Source: Pseudomonadota bacterium
Lineage (GTDB): Bacteria > Pseudomonadota > Alphaproteobacteria > Rhodobacterales > Rhodobacteraceae
NCBI GenBank assembly: GCA_046049665.1
Contig: JBJOQW010000060.1
Coordinates: forward strand, 21,056-85,055
Length of the DNA: 64,000 bases
Reading direction: 5' to 3'
This document shows positions 37,498 to 47,884 of this stretch, piece by piece. Made by a program: the position numbers and the translations under genes. The notes under the pieces are model-generated. The model saw only the letters and a list, made by a program, of their open reading frames with translations, had not been told where the DNA came from and did not search any database. Position 1 is the stretch's first letter. Every line of letters starts with the position of its first letter.

Positions 37498-38178
37498 ATG
37501 GCGCAGTCGCAACCACTTGTCCTGCTGGTAGAGGACGAGCCAGCGCAGCGCGAGGTCTTGTCCTATAACCTTGCGGCTGAAGGCTTTCGGGTGAACACGG
37601 CCGTTGATGGGGACGAAGCCTTGCTTTTTGCCGGGGAAGAGGTGCCTGACCTGATCCTGCTGGATTGGATGCTGCCCCACCTGAGCGGGATCGAGGTTTG
37701 CCGCCGCCTGAAAATGCGTCCCGATACCCGCGCTGTGCCAATCATCATGCTGTCGGCGCGGTCGGAAGAGGTAGACAAGGTGCGTGGTCTGGAAACCGGG
37801 GCCGATGACTACATCATCAAACCCTATTCAGTGGTTGAACTGATTGCACGTGTGCGTGCCGCCTTGCGCCGCACCCGCCCGGCCACGGTGGGCCTTGTGC
37901 TGGAATGGCAGGATATCCGGCTTGATCCGGAAACCCACCGCGTTCACCGATCCGGTGACGAAGTCCACCTTGGTCCGACGGAATTTCGTCTGCTGTCCAC
38001 TTTCATGGAAAAGCCGGGGCGGGTGTGGAGCCGCGAGCAACTGCTTGACCGGGTCTGGGGGCGCGACATCTACGTGGATACGCGGACAGTGGATGTGCAT
38101 ATCGGCCGCCTGCGCAAGGCGCTTGGCGGGCAGGATGTGCTGCGCACAGTGCGCGGGGCAGGGTATGCGCTAGGCTGA
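37498..38178 (+). CDS. phoB: phosphate regulon response regulator
   Basis: REC (LLVEDE, DLILLDWMLP) plus an OmpR winged helix (VDVHIGRLRKAL). ATG at 37498 preferred over TTG at 37492. Confidence 0.95.
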   Translation: MAQSQPLVLLVEDEPAQREVLSYNLAAEGFRVNTAVDGDEALLFAGEEVPDLILLDWMLPHLSGIEVCRRLKMRPDTRAVPIIMLSARSEEVDKVRGLETGADDYIIKPYSVVELIARVRAALRRTRPATVGLVLEWQDIRLDPETHRVHRSGDEVHLGPTEFRLLSTFMEKPGRVWSREQLLDRVWGRDIYVDTRTVDVHIGRLRKALGGQDVLRTVRGAGYALG

Positions 38179-39015
38179 CAGGCCGACCATCCGGCGAATA
38201 TCCTGCGGGCTTGCCCCTTCTGCCCGGTATTTCGCCAAGGCCCGCGCGTCATCACGCTTGGCAAGGCGTTTGCCCGCCTCATCCCGGATCAGGCGATGGT
38301 GGTTGTAGATGGGGGTGGGCAGGTTGAACAGGTGCTGCAAGACCACCTGTACGGGGGTAAAGCTGAACAGATCGGCCCCCCTTACCACATGGCTGACCCC
38401 TTGGTCCGCATCATCCAGAGCGGATGCCAGAAAATAGGCCACGATCTCCTCGCCTTTGCGGTACAGGACAACATCGCCGATTTCGCGAAAAACATGTTCC
38501 GGATCAAGCACATGGCGGCCTGCATTGTCTGGGCCCGTCTCGGTAAACGCAAGGTCGCGCCCTGCCAGCACCCGCAGAGCCGCCGCCATATCAAGGCGCA
38601 GCGCATCACCCTCGCGCCTGCTGGCCATGCTGCGACTGCGGCAGGTTCCGGGGTAAACATTCACCACCAGCCCCTCTTGCGGAGCCGACAGCGCCAGCCT
38701 GATGTCATTGCGAGAGCAGGAACAGGGGTAAAGCAGACCCGCCGCAAGCAACGGCTCCAACCGGGCGGCATAGTGTTGCAGCTGGCTGGATTGATGCAGA
38801 ACAGGTCCATCCCACAGCAGACCCAGCCATGTCAGATCATCAAGGATATCAGCGGCATAGGCGGGTTTGCTGCGTTCAAGGTCCGTGTCTTCCATGCGCA
38901 CCAGAAACCGCCCGCCTGCCGCCCGCGCCATGTCATGCGCCAGAATCGCCGAATAGGCATGCCCCAGATGTAATGGGCCAGTGGGCGAGGGCGCAAAGCG
39001 CGTTACGAAAGCCAT
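38170..39015 (-). CDS. gluQ: tRNA glutamyl-Q(34) synthetase
   Basis: Truncated GluRS catalytic domain, [21 protein letters not shown]. Confidence 0.9.
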   Translation of the reverse strand: MAFVTRFAPSPTGPLHLGHAYSAILAHDMARAAGGRFLVRMEDTDLERSKPAYAADILDDLTWLGLLWDGPVLHQSSQLQHYAARLEPLLAAGLLYPCSCSRNDIRLALSAPQEGLVVNVYPGTCRSRSMASRREGDALRLDMAAALRVLAGRDLAFTETGPDNAGRHVLDPEHVFREIGDVVLYRKGEEIVAYFLASALDDADQGVSHVVRGADLFSFTPVQVVLQHLFNLPTPIYNHHRLIRDEAGKRLAKRDDARALAKYRAEGASPQDIRRMVGLSA

Positions 39016-40328
39016 GCCGCAAAGGCCTGCTTGGCGCGGTCGGTATAGGCCTTGTAACGGTCCTTGCGGCCACGCCGCCCGCCCTTGGCTGCAATGGGTG
39101 GGAACAGGCCGAAGTTCACGTTCATCGGCTGAAACGTCTTTGCCTCGGCCCCGCCGGTAATGTGGTGGATCAGTGACCCCATCGCTGTTTCCGGCGGCGG
39201 CGGGGGCAGGTTGCGCCCCAAGATTTCAGCCGCCGCCATGCGGCCTGCAAGCAGGCCCATCGCGGCAGATTCGACATAGCCTTCCACACCGGTGATCTGG
39301 CCCGCAAAGCGGATATTCGGGCGGTTCCGCAAGCGCATCTGATCATCCAGCAGCGTGGGCGAGTTGATGAAGGTGTTGCGATGAATACCGCCGAGCCGCG
39401 CAAAGCTCGCATCCTGCAGGCCGGGAATCATTTTGAAAACAGCAGTTTGCGCGCCGTATTTCATCTTGGTCTGAAAGCCCACGATGTTATACAGCGTGCC
39501 CAGCTTGTTATCGCGCCGCAGTTGCACCACCGCATGCGCCTTTTCTGCCCTGTGTGGGTTGGTCAGCCCCACGGGCTTCATCGGGCCAAAGCGCAGGGTT
39601 TCGCGCCCGCGTTCGGCCATCACCTCAATCGGCAGGCAGCCGTCGAAATAGCCTGCCGTCTCGCCCTCGTGAAATTCGGTCTTTTCAGCCGCCAGCAGCG
39701 CATCAATGAAGGCCTCATACTGCGCCTTGTCCATCGGGCAGTTGATATAGGCCTGTTGTTCTTCTTCTGTCTCGCCCTTGTCATAGCGCGACTGCAGCCA
39801 GGCCTGCGACATGTCGATGCTTTCGGCATAGACGATAGGGGCTATCGCATCAAAGAATGCCAGCGCTTCGGCCCCGGTTACCGCACGGATGCTTTCGGCC
39901 AAAGCACCGCTGGTCAGCGGACCTGTGGCAACGATCCAGTGGCCAGATGAGGGAAGCGTCGTAACCTCATCATATTCAACGGTAATCAGCGGATGGGCCA
40001 GCAGGCGTGCCGTCACCGCTTCGGCAAAAGGATCGCGGTCCACCGCCAGCGCACCGCCTGCAGGCAAACGGTGCGCACGCGCGGTTTGCATGATGATGCC
40101 ACCCGCAGCCCCCATTTCCCAATGCAGCAGGCCCACGGCATTGCGTTCATCATCATCCGACCGGAAGGAGTTGGAGCAGACCATTTCCGCCAGATTGCCG
40201 GTGCGATGCGCGAAGGTGCCGACCTTGGGGCGCATTTCGTGAATGACAACAGGCACGCCCGCCTCAGCCGCCTGCCATGCGGCCTCAGCCCCTGCCATAC
40301 CGCCGCCGATGATATGTAAGGTTTCCAT
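39003..40328 (-). CDS. trmFO: methylenetetrahydrofolate--tRNA-(uracil54-C5)-methyltransferase
   Basis: [30 protein letters not shown]. Confidence 0.93.
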   Translation of the reverse strand: METLHIIGGGMAGAEAAWQAAEAGVPVVIHEMRPKVGTFAHRTGNLAEMVCSNSFRSDDDERNAVGLLHWEMGAAGGIIMQTARAHRLPAGGALAVDRDPFAEAVTARLLAHPLITVEYDEVTTLPSSGHWIVATGPLTSGALAESIRAVTGAEALAFFDAIAPIVYAESIDMSQAWLQSRYDKGETEEEQQAYINCPMDKAQYEAFIDALLAAEKTEFHEGETAGYFDGCLPIEVMAERGRETLRFGPMKPVGLTNPHRAEKAHAVVQLRRDNKLGTLYNIVGFQTKMKYGAQTAVFKMIPGLQDASFARLGGIHRNTFINSPTLLDDQMRLRNRPNIRFAGQITGVEGYVESAAMGLLAGRMAAAEILGRNLPPPPPETAMGSLIHHITGGAEAKTFQPMNVNFGLFPPIAAKGGRRGRKDRYKAYTDRAKQAFAAWLS

Positions 40329-40354
40329 GGGGCGGATGTATCGCCCCGCTGCCG

Positions 40355-40705
40355 TCAGATCAAGGCGATGCGTTCGCGCTGCGTAGGATCGGGGTAGGGC
40401 CGGTACAGGCCCACATCCACCCGCGCGATCATACCATGCATCTGGTCATAGCGCCGGGTGGCGGCATCATCTGCAGTGGCCAAAGCGGAAAAAGCAGTAT
40501 CCAGCGCGGCAAGGCCGGGGACCGAGATTTCCAGCAGGAAATCGGTATGCGCGCCAGAGGCCAGCCCGAACTTGCGCCGCATCAGCCGCCATTCGGTGAC
40601 AAGGCCTTGTGCCTTCAGATGGTCCATCCATGCGGTTGCGGCATGCGCAAAGCCAAGGGCATGCGCCTCGGGCCGCAGTTCGATCATGCAATGATACAGG
40701 TTCAT
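40355..40705 (-). CDS. conserved hypothetical protein (DUF6614-like)
   Basis: [14 protein letters not shown]...[11 protein letters not shown] pattern as I remember it for this family. Start moved to MNLYH. Confidence 0.55.
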   Translation of the reverse strand: MNLYHCMIELRPEAHALGFAHAATAWMDHLKAQGLVTEWRLMRRKFGLASGAHTDFLLEISVPGLAALDTAFSALATADDAATRRYDQMHGMIARVDVGLYRPYPDPTQRERIALI

Positions 40706-40742
40706 CACGCTCTCCCTTTCGGGGCAGTTGAACATGCAAGGC

Positions 40743-41039
40743 TTACGGCTTGTTTAATGCGGCCCTGTGCCGTGCGACAAAACCTGCCGGATCACGCACA
40801 TCATAGCCAAGGGCGCGCGCCGCATCAAAGAACCCGCGCGCAGGCAGGCCCCCGGATAGCCGGCCCTCGCAAAGGGCCGCGCGCAACGGGCGCCCGGCAG
40901 CCGCGTCTACAAGCATCAGCGCCTCAAGCGTGGCTGTCAGCTCGGCCATGCGCAGGCCAAGATCGCGGGCGAGCGCACCATAGGTAACGGTGCCGCCCGC
41001 CTGTGCCAGCGCATCGAGGCGCGCCTCAAGCGCTGTCAT
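40743..41039 (-). CDS. small hypothetical protein translationally coupled to gyrA (weak MGMT/Atl-like winged-helix resemblance)
   Basis: The ATG at 41039 overlaps the gyrA stop region by 14 nt. [14 protein letters not shown] resembles the MGMT DNA-binding helix, but no PCHR/PWHR motif is present. Confidence 0.5.
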   Translation of the reverse strand: MTALEARLDALAQAGGTVTYGALARDLGLRMAELTATLEALMLVDAAAGRPLRAALCEGRLSGGLPARGFFDAARALGYDVRDPAGFVARHRAALNKP

Positions 41040-43743
41040 CGCCCTGTTCGGCCACGCGCGCCACTGTCACCACCTCTTCGTCCGTGCCCACGTTGAACAC
41101 ACGCACCCCACCCGCAGACCGCGAGCGGAAGCTGATCTGTTCCACCGGCACGCGGATCGACTGGCCCGTGCTGGTGGCAAGCATGATCTGATCGCTCGCC
41201 TCAACCGGGAAGGACGCCACGATCCGCCCGCCACGTGGGCCCGGAGAAATGGCTTTTACGCCCATGCCACCACGCCCGCGCACCGGGTAATCATGGCTGG
41301 AGGACAGCTTGCCGGAACCGCCCTTTGTGATTGTCAGAATCAGGTCTTCGGCGGCCGACATCTCACTGTAACGTTCGGTGCTAAGCTGGCCTGCTGCAAC
41401 GGTTTCTTCTTCATCATCGGCCTCATCCTCGGTCACGCCCGCCATCAGGCGGCGCTGTTTGAGGTAGGCTGCACGTTCTTCCGGTGTGGCCTCGAAATGG
41501 CGGATGATCGCCATTGAAACCACATGGTCACCATCCGCCAGCCTGATGCCCCGCACACCGGTTGAGCCGCGCGATTTGAACACGCGGATTTCCTGCGTTG
41601 AAAAGCGGATCGCGCGGCCAGCCTCGGTCACCAGCATGATATCGTCATTCTCATCCGCAATCGCCGCGTTCACCAGCGTGACGCCTTCCGGCAGCTTCAT
41701 CGCGATCTTGCCGTTGCGCATGACATTGGTGAAATCCGACAGGTCATTCTGGCGCACATCGCCGTCCGAGGTCGCAAAGACGATCTGCAAGGTTTCCCAT
41801 GCATCTTCGGGCACATCCACCGGCATGAGGGCCGCGATGGAAACCCCTGATTCAATTGGCAAAATGTTCACCATGGCCTTGCCCTTGGCCGTACGCCCAG
41901 CCAGCGGCAGGCGCCATGTCTTCATCTTGTAGACCATGCCATCAGTCGTGAAGAACAGCAGTGGCGTGTGCGTGTTGGCCACGAACAGCGTGGTGACCAC
42001 ATCATCTTCCTTGGTCGCCATCGAGGCCAGGCCCTTGCCCCCGCGGTTCTGCGCGCGGAATTCGGCCAGTGGCGTGCGTTTGATATAGCCGCCCGAGGTG
42101 ATGGTCACGACCATGTCTTCACGCTCGATCAGGTCTTCGTCTTCCATATCGCCCGACCAGTCGGTGATTTCGGTCCGGCGCGGCACGGCGAAAAGCTGCT
42201 TTACCTCGCGCAACTCATCACTGATGATCGCCATGATCCGGTCGCGGCTTCCCAGAATTTCCAAGTAATTCTTGATGCTTGCGGCCAGTTCTTCAAGTTC
42301 GTCGGTGATCGTTTTCACGCCAAGCTGTGTCAGGCGTTGCAGCTGCAGGTCCAGAATGGCGCGTGCCTGGCGTTCTGACAGGTTGTAGGTGCCGTCGGCG
42401 TTGATTGTGTGGCTTGGGTCGTCAATCAGCTTGATATAGGCGGCGATTTCCTGCGCGGGCCAGCGGCGGCTCATCAGTTGTTCGCGCGCATCGGCTGGCG
42501 TGGCCGAGGCGCGGATCGTCGCCACAATCTCATCAACGTTCGTGACAGCCACGGCCAGACCGCACAGGATATGGCTGCGTTCGCGCGCCTTGCGCAATTC
42601 AAACGCCGTGCGGTTTGCTACAACTTCCTCGCGGAAGCTGATGAAATAGCTTAGGAAATCACGCAGTGTGAGCTGTTCTGGCCGCCCGCCGTTCAGCGCC
42701 AGCATGTTGCAGCCGAACGATACCTGCATGGGCGTAAAGCGGAACAGCTGGTTCAGCACGACATCGGCCGTTGCATCACGTTTCAGCTCGATCACCACAC
42801 GCACGCCGATCCGGTCGGATTCGTCTTGCACATGGGAAATGCCTTCGATCTTCTTGTCGCGCACCATTTCAGCGATGATTTCAATCATCCGCGCCTTGTT
42901 GACCTGATAGGGCACCTCATCAATGATGATCGCCCAGCGGTCCTTGCGAATTTCCTCGACCCGCGTTTTCGCGCGGATGATCACCGAACCGCGCCCCTCC
43001 AGATAGGCCTTTCGCGCTCCAGATCGGCCAAGGATCAGCGCGCCTGTCGGGAAATCCGGGGCGGGGATGTAGTCCATCAGCGCTTCGGTCGACATATCCG
43101 GGTTTTCGATCAGGGCCAGCGTGCCGTCGATCACTTCGCCCAGGTTATGCGGCGGAATGCGCGTGGCCATGCCTACGGCAATGCCCTCGGCCCCGTTGAC
43201 CAGCATGTTCGGGAAACGCGCTGGCAGAACCGTGGGTTCCTGATCCTTGCCATCGTAATTGTCCTGGAATTCAACGGTTTCCTTGTCGATATCGGCCAGC
43301 AGGAACGCTGCGGGCTTATCCATCCGCACTTCGGTATAGCGCATGGCCGCGGCGTTATCGCCGTCCATGGACCCGAAGTTGCCTTGGCCGTCGAGCAGCT
43401 TCAAGCTCATCGAAAAGGGCTGGGCCATCCGCACAAGGGCATCATAAATCGCAGAGTCGCCATGGGGGTGGTATTTCCCCATCACATCGCCCACAGGGCG
43501 GGCCGATTTGCGGTAGGGCTTGTCATGCGCGTTATTGGTTTCGTGCATGGCGTAAAGGATGCGGCGGTGCACGGGTTTCAGGCCATCGCGCAGGTCAGGA
43601 ATGGCGCGCGACACGATCACGCTCATCGCGTAATCAAGGTAGGCGGTCTTCATCTCATCAACGATATCGACATGCGGGCCGGAAAGGTCTGGCCGCTGCG
43701 GCATTTCACCTTCGTTTTCAATGTCTTCGGGTGTGTCGTTCAT
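41026..43743 (-). CDS. gyrA: DNA gyrase subunit A
   Basis: [23 protein letters not shown], active-site AAMRYTE, QRDR-equivalent [10 protein letters not shown], six C-terminal blades. Confidence 0.98.
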   Translation of the reverse strand: MNDTPEDIENEGEMPQRPDLSGPHVDIVDEMKTAYLDYAMSVIVSRAIPDLRDGLKPVHRRILYAMHETNNAHDKPYRKSARPVGDVMGKYHPHGDSAIYDALVRMAQPFSMSLKLLDGQGNFGSMDGDNAAAMRYTEVRMDKPAAFLLADIDKETVEFQDNYDGKDQEPTVLPARFPNMLVNGAEGIAVGMATRIPPHNLGEVIDGTLALIENPDMSTEALMDYIPAPDFPTGALILGRSGARKAYLEGRGSVIIRAKTRVEEIRKDRWAIIIDEVPYQVNKARMIEIIAEMVRDKKIEGISHVQDESDRIGVRVVIELKRDATADVVLNQLFRFTPMQVSFGCNMLALNGGRPEQLTLRDFLSYFISFREEVVANRTAFELRKARERSHILCGLAVAVTNVDEIVATIRASATPADAREQLMSRRWPAQEIAAYIKLIDDPSHTINADGTYNLSERQARAILDLQLQRLTQLGVKTITDELEELAASIKNYLEILGSRDRIMAIISDELREVKQLFAVPRRTEITDWSGDMEDEDLIEREDMVVTITSGGYIKRTPLAEFRAQNRGGKGLASMATKEDDVVTTLFVANTHTPLLFFTTDGMVYKMKTWRLPLAGRTAKGKAMVNILPIESGVSIAALMPVDVPEDAWETLQIVFATSDGDVRQNDLSDFTNVMRNGKIAMKLPEGVTLVNAAIADENDDIMLVTEAGRAIRFSTQEIRVFKSRGSTGVRGIRLADGDHVVSMAIIRHFEATPEERAAYLKQRRLMAGVTEDEADDEEETVAAGQLSTERYSEMSAAEDLILTITKGGSGKLSSSHDYPVRGRGGMGVKAISPGPRGGRIVASFPVEASDQIMLATSTGQSIRVPVEQISFRSRSAGGVRVFNVGTDEEVVTVARVAEQGDDSA

Positions 43744-43935
43744 GTGACGCGTGCCTTTCGGGGGTTACCCCCATATCTTGTTGCATTCCTTTTACACCAA
43801 CTAGGGATAGCGGTGCAATGGCGGCGAGGGCTGTGATTGGCAGCTAGGGGTGCTAAGTGCTAACATATTGTTTTTGTTGAATGTTAATTTGTCTGTGGCA
43901 GGCTTTGCAGACTGCCTGACGAAAGGAGAATTGGC

Positions 43936-44205
43936 ATGATCGGAAGTGAGACGGAACTGATGTTGAAGGGTTATGGGCTGACTACGGCGGAAATGTTCTA
44001 CAGGATGCCGGATTATCGTAATGTTCTCAATACCTTCGTGTGGCAGGACTATGATCTGGCGCCGGATTATCCGGCCTTGTTCAAATTCATCGAATTCTGG
44101 CAGGATCAGATCGAAGGCCCGCTGCATTCGGTGCGCTTTACGCACCGGCGGCTGATTGCGCCGGGGGAATGGCGCAATGTGGTGGGAGAATGGCGTTTGC
44201 ATTAG
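43936..44205 (+). CDS. usg: Usg family protein
   Basis: GYGLTTAEMFYRMPDYRNVLNTFVWQDYDLAPDYP...LHSV. Confidence 0.85.
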   Translation: MIGSETELMLKGYGLTTAEMFYRMPDYRNVLNTFVWQDYDLAPDYPALFKFIEFWQDQIEGPLHSVRFTHRRLIAPGEWRNVVGEWRLH

Positions 44206-44250
44206 CCACCTTGCCAGCACGCAGGCATTTGCGCATAAGCCCCGCGTTCC

Positions 44251-45306
44251 TTGCCGGAGGTTTTCGTGAACGCCCGCCCCACAGCGCTGACCACTGTTTC
44301 TGGCCTGATTACGGCTGGTCTCGCGCGTGGCAAGGATGCTGCGGCGCTGACCCAAGTGGCAGAACAGTTCCGCATCCGGCTGACGCCTGCTATGCAAGGG
44401 GCGATTGTGGCGGCGGATGATGCGGTCGCGCGGCAGTTTGTGCCCAATGCGGCCGAGCTGAACATCCGTCCCGAAGAACGCACCGATCCGATTGGCGACC
44501 GGGCGCATATGCCGGTGCCGGGCCTGTCACACCGCTACCCGGACAGGGTGATTTTGGCGGTCACGCAAAGCTGTGCGGTCTATTGTCGGTTCTGTTTCCG
44601 GCGCGAAACGGTGGGCGATAGCGGTGCCTTGCCGGATGCAGCACTGCAAGCAGCCTATGACTATCTGCGCCAAACCCCGACTGTGCGCGAGGTGATCCTG
44701 ACAGGGGGCGATCCGTTGATGCTGTCGCCGCGGCGTCTGGGCGCTGTGATGGCGGCCTTGGCGGATCTTCCGCATGTCGAGGTGATCCGCCTGCACACGC
44801 GCATTCCGGTGGTGGACCCGGCGCGCATCACGCCGCAGATGGTGGCGGCGCTGGACGTGGCAAAGGCGGTGTATGTGGCCATTCACACCAACCACGCGCA
44901 AGAGCTGACACCGGGGGCCGAGGCGGCCATCGGGCGGTTGACGCGGGCGGGTGTGCCGCTGGTCGCGCAAACCGTGCTGTTGCGGGGGGTGAATGATACG
45001 GTCGAGGCGTTGGAGGCGCTGTTTCGCGCGCTGATCCGGCTGCGGGTGAAACCCTATTACCTGCACCACTGTGATCTGGCGCAAGGGACCAGCCATTTCC
45101 GCACGACGATTGCGGCAGGGCAAGCGCTGATGGCGGCCCTGCGGGGGCGGGTGTCAAGCCTGTGCTTGCCGACCTATGTGCTTGATGTGCCGGGCGGATT
45201 TGGCAAGATGCCGCTGAACGCGGATTATGCAACGCTGCAGGCCGATGGCAGTTATCTGATCCGCGATTATCAGGGCGGGCTGCACAGCTATCGCGACCCG
45301 GACTAG
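44251..45306 (+). CDS. lysine 2,3-aminomutase-like radical SAM protein (KamA/EpmB family)
   Basis: CAVYCRFCFRR cluster motif, TGGDPL, HCDLA. The start is uncertain (TTG at 44251 or GTG at 44266). Confidence 0.88.
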   Translation: MPEVFVNARPTALTTVSGLITAGLARGKDAAALTQVAEQFRIRLTPAMQGAIVAADDAVARQFVPNAAELNIRPEERTDPIGDRAHMPVPGLSHRYPDRVILAVTQSCAVYCRFCFRRETVGDSGALPDAALQAAYDYLRQTPTVREVILTGGDPLMLSPRRLGAVMAALADLPHVEVIRLHTRIPVVDPARITPQMVAALDVAKAVYVAIHTNHAQELTPGAEAAIGRLTRAGVPLVAQTVLLRGVNDTVEALEALFRALIRLRVKPYYLHHCDLAQGTSHFRTTIAAGQALMAALRGRVSSLCLPTYVLDVPGGFGKMPLNADYATLQADGSYLIRDYQGGLHSYRDPD

Positions 45307-46346
45307 GCTGCGCGCATCAGCATGCCGAACAGATCGCGCGGATCGTCGGGATCGGCGATCATGTCAAGCTGATCGCAAAACCCGGTTTCCCGCAGCTTTC
45401 CAAGCACATAGCGCAGGGCGCTGAAGTCCTCGATGGCAAAACCCACGGAATCAAACAGGGTGATCTGATCGGGGGCCACGCGGCCTTTGGCTGTGCCTGC
45501 CATGACCTGCCACAGCTCGGTCACGGGATGATCTTCGGGCAATTGCTGGATCTCGCCTTCAATGCGGGTCTGTGGTGGATATTCCACAAAGATGCCCGCG
45601 CGCAGCAGGATATCACGGTGCAGTTCGGTCTTGCCGGGGCAGTCACCGCCCACGGCGTTGATATGCACGCCTGCGCCCACCATGTTGTCGGTCAGGATGG
45701 TGGCATTGGTCTTGTCCGCCGTGACCGTGGTGATGATCTGCGCGCCCAGTATTGCCTCTTCTGGTGTCGCACACTGGGTAAGGTTCAGCCCGTAACCTGC
45801 CAGATTAGAAGCACATTTCCGCGTGGCGGCAGGATCAATATCATAAAGACGCACCTCGGTTATCCCGCAAATCGCCTTGAAGGCCAGCGCCTGAAATTCC
45901 GCCTGTGCGCCATTGCCAATCAGGGCCATCGTCCCGCCCTTGGGCGCCAGCCATTTTGCCGCCATGGCACTAGTAGCTGCGGTGCGAAGGGCCGTCAGAA
46001 TGGTCATTTCCGACAGCAGCAGGGGGTAGCCGGTGGCCACATCGGCCAAGAGGCCGAAGGCGGTAACAGTCTGCAACCCACGCTTCATGTTTGACGGATG
46101 GCCGTTCACATATTTGAAGCCGTAGGTTTCGCCGTCCGAGGTTGGCATCAGCTCGATGACACCAATGTCGGAATGGCTGGCCACGCGCGGGGTTTTGTCA
46201 AACAGTGGCCAGCGGCGGAAATCGGCCTCGATCTCAGCCGCCAGATCAACCATCACGCGCTCGACGCCAAGGTGAAGAACCAGCTTCATCATGTTGGCAA
46301 CGCTGACAAAAGGCACGTATGCCTGCTTGGAGGGCGCGTTCATCAC
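45303..46346 (-). CDS. ocd: ornithine cyclodeaminase
   Basis: Mu-crystallin/OCD fold, GNGAQAEFQ Rossmann motif. Co-oriented with arginase and overlapping it. Confidence 0.9.
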   Translation of the reverse strand: MMNAPSKQAYVPFVSVANMMKLVLHLGVERVMVDLAAEIEADFRRWPLFDKTPRVASHSDIGVIELMPTSDGETYGFKYVNGHPSNMKRGLQTVTAFGLLADVATGYPLLLSEMTILTALRTAATSAMAAKWLAPKGGTMALIGNGAQAEFQALAFKAICGITEVRLYDIDPAATRKCASNLAGYGLNLTQCATPEEAILGAQIITTVTADKTNATILTDNMVGAGVHINAVGGDCPGKTELHRDILLRAGIFVEYPPQTRIEGEIQQLPEDHPVTELWQVMAGTAKGRVAPDQITLFDSVGFAIEDFSALRYVLGKLRETGFCDQLDMIADPDDPRDLFGMLMRAA

Positions 46347-47266
46347 AGCCCCCTTGTCATGCGGTCAAACACCTTGCGGCCCATCAGCGATGCCACCAGA
46401 TCAACCATCACCCGCGCCGTGCGCCCACGTTCATCCAGAAACGGGTTGAGTTCCACCAGATCAAGCGAGGTGACTAGCCCGGACTCGTGCAACAGCTCCA
46501 TCACCAGATGCGCCTCACGCAGTGTCGTGCCGCCGGGCACGGTGGTGCCAACAGCGGGGGCCACGGATGGATCCATGAAATCCACATCCAAAGACACATG
46601 CAACATGCCGCCATTGGCGCGCACATGGTTCAGGAAGGTGCGCAGGGGTGCGACGATGCCCTGCTCATCCAGCACGCGCATGTCGTTGATGGCGATGTCA
46701 TGGCGCAGCAAGGCCGCATGTTCGGCTGCATCAACCGAGCGGATGCCGAACAGGCAGATACGGTCGGCAGGTACGGGGGCTGGAAAGGGCGGGAAGGGGG
46801 CAAAACCATCACGTCCGGCGATATAGGCCAAGGGCGTGCCGTGCAGATTGCCGCTGGTTGTGGTCTCGAACGTGTGGAAATCGGAATGAGCGTCCAGCCA
46901 CAGCAGGAACAAGGGGCGGCCTGCGCGTTTGGCATGGCTTGCAGCCCCCGCCACTGACCCTAGTGCCAGCGAATGATCGCCCCCCATGATCACCGGCATG
47001 GCGCCTGCTGACAGGGCATCATCGACGCGGTCAGCCAGAACGTCCGTCCAGCCCAGCGTTTCGGCAAGGTGGTGCACGGCGGGGTTGGGGTGGCTGACAT
47101 CGGCCAGATCGGGCAGGGCCACATCGCCCCAATCATCCACACCATGGCCAAGCTCACGCAGGGCAGCGGCAATGCCCGCAACGCGGTAGGCCGCTGGCCC
47201 CATGATGCAACCGGGGTTTTTCTGCCCGGTATCAACCGGCGCGCCAATCAGAATCGTGCTTGCCAT
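46343..47266 (-). CDS. rocF: arginase
   Basis: Ureohydrolase Mn motifs [19 protein letters not shown]. Confidence 0.93.
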   Translation of the reverse strand: MASTILIGAPVDTGQKNPGCIMGPAAYRVAGIAAALRELGHGVDDWGDVALPDLADVSHPNPAVHHLAETLGWTDVLADRVDDALSAGAMPVIMGGDHSLALGSVAGAASHAKRAGRPLFLLWLDAHSDFHTFETTTSGNLHGTPLAYIAGRDGFAPFPPFPAPVPADRICLFGIRSVDAAEHAALLRHDIAINDMRVLDEQGIVAPLRTFLNHVRANGGMLHVSLDVDFMDPSVAPAVGTTVPGGTTLREAHLVMELLHESGLVTSLDLVELNPFLDERGRTARVMVDLVASLMGRKVFDRMTRGL

Positions 47267-47381
47267 GGGTGGGGCCTTTCCTGCTGCTATGGCATTCTCT
47301 GTACATCATGCGATATATGCCAGCGGCATTTCGCGCGATGTGGGCGGAATAACGTGCAGAACGGAAGAAGTGGTGAGCAAG

Positions 47382-47813
47382 ATGGATGATACGGACCTTG
47401 CCCTGATGGCAGAGCTGCGGCGGGATGGGCGGGCATCTCTGTCTGATCTGGCCAGCCGTCTGGGGATCAGCCGGGCGACGGTGCGCATCCGGATGGAGCG
47501 GTTGATCAAAAGCAAGGACATTGCGGGCTTTACGGTGCTGACACGGGTGGACGCAGCCGCGGCGCCGGTGCGCGCGCTGATGCTGATCGGGATCGAGGGG
47601 CGGGGGGCGGAACGCATCATGGCGCGGCTGGCGGGTTTTGCGGCAGTGACGGCGGTGCATTCGACCAATGGCAAATGGGACCTGATCGCAGAGCTTGCTG
47701 CCCAGACGCTGGAAGAACTGGATAGCGTGATGTTCCGCATCCGCGAAATTGACGGCGTGATGCAATCAGAGACCAACCTCATCCTGTCCACGCGCCGCGC
47801 CGGCAGACGTTAA
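47382..47813 (+). CDS. Lrp/AsnC family transcriptional regulator
   Basis: D..L...L..DGR.S...LA..LG.S...V..R...L. Divergent from rocF-ocd. Start moved to MDDTDL. Confidence 0.88.
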   Translation: MDDTDLALMAELRRDGRASLSDLASRLGISRATVRIRMERLIKSKDIAGFTVLTRVDAAAAPVRALMLIGIEGRGAERIMARLAGFAAVTAVHSTNGKWDLIAELAAQTLEELDSVMFRIREIDGVMQSETNLILSTRRAGRR

Positions 47814-47884
47814 GCAAATGTGACGTTTGGCCCATGGTCGCGCGCGGCTGTCCGCGCTAGAACCAAAGCTAACAGGGGGTGCCG

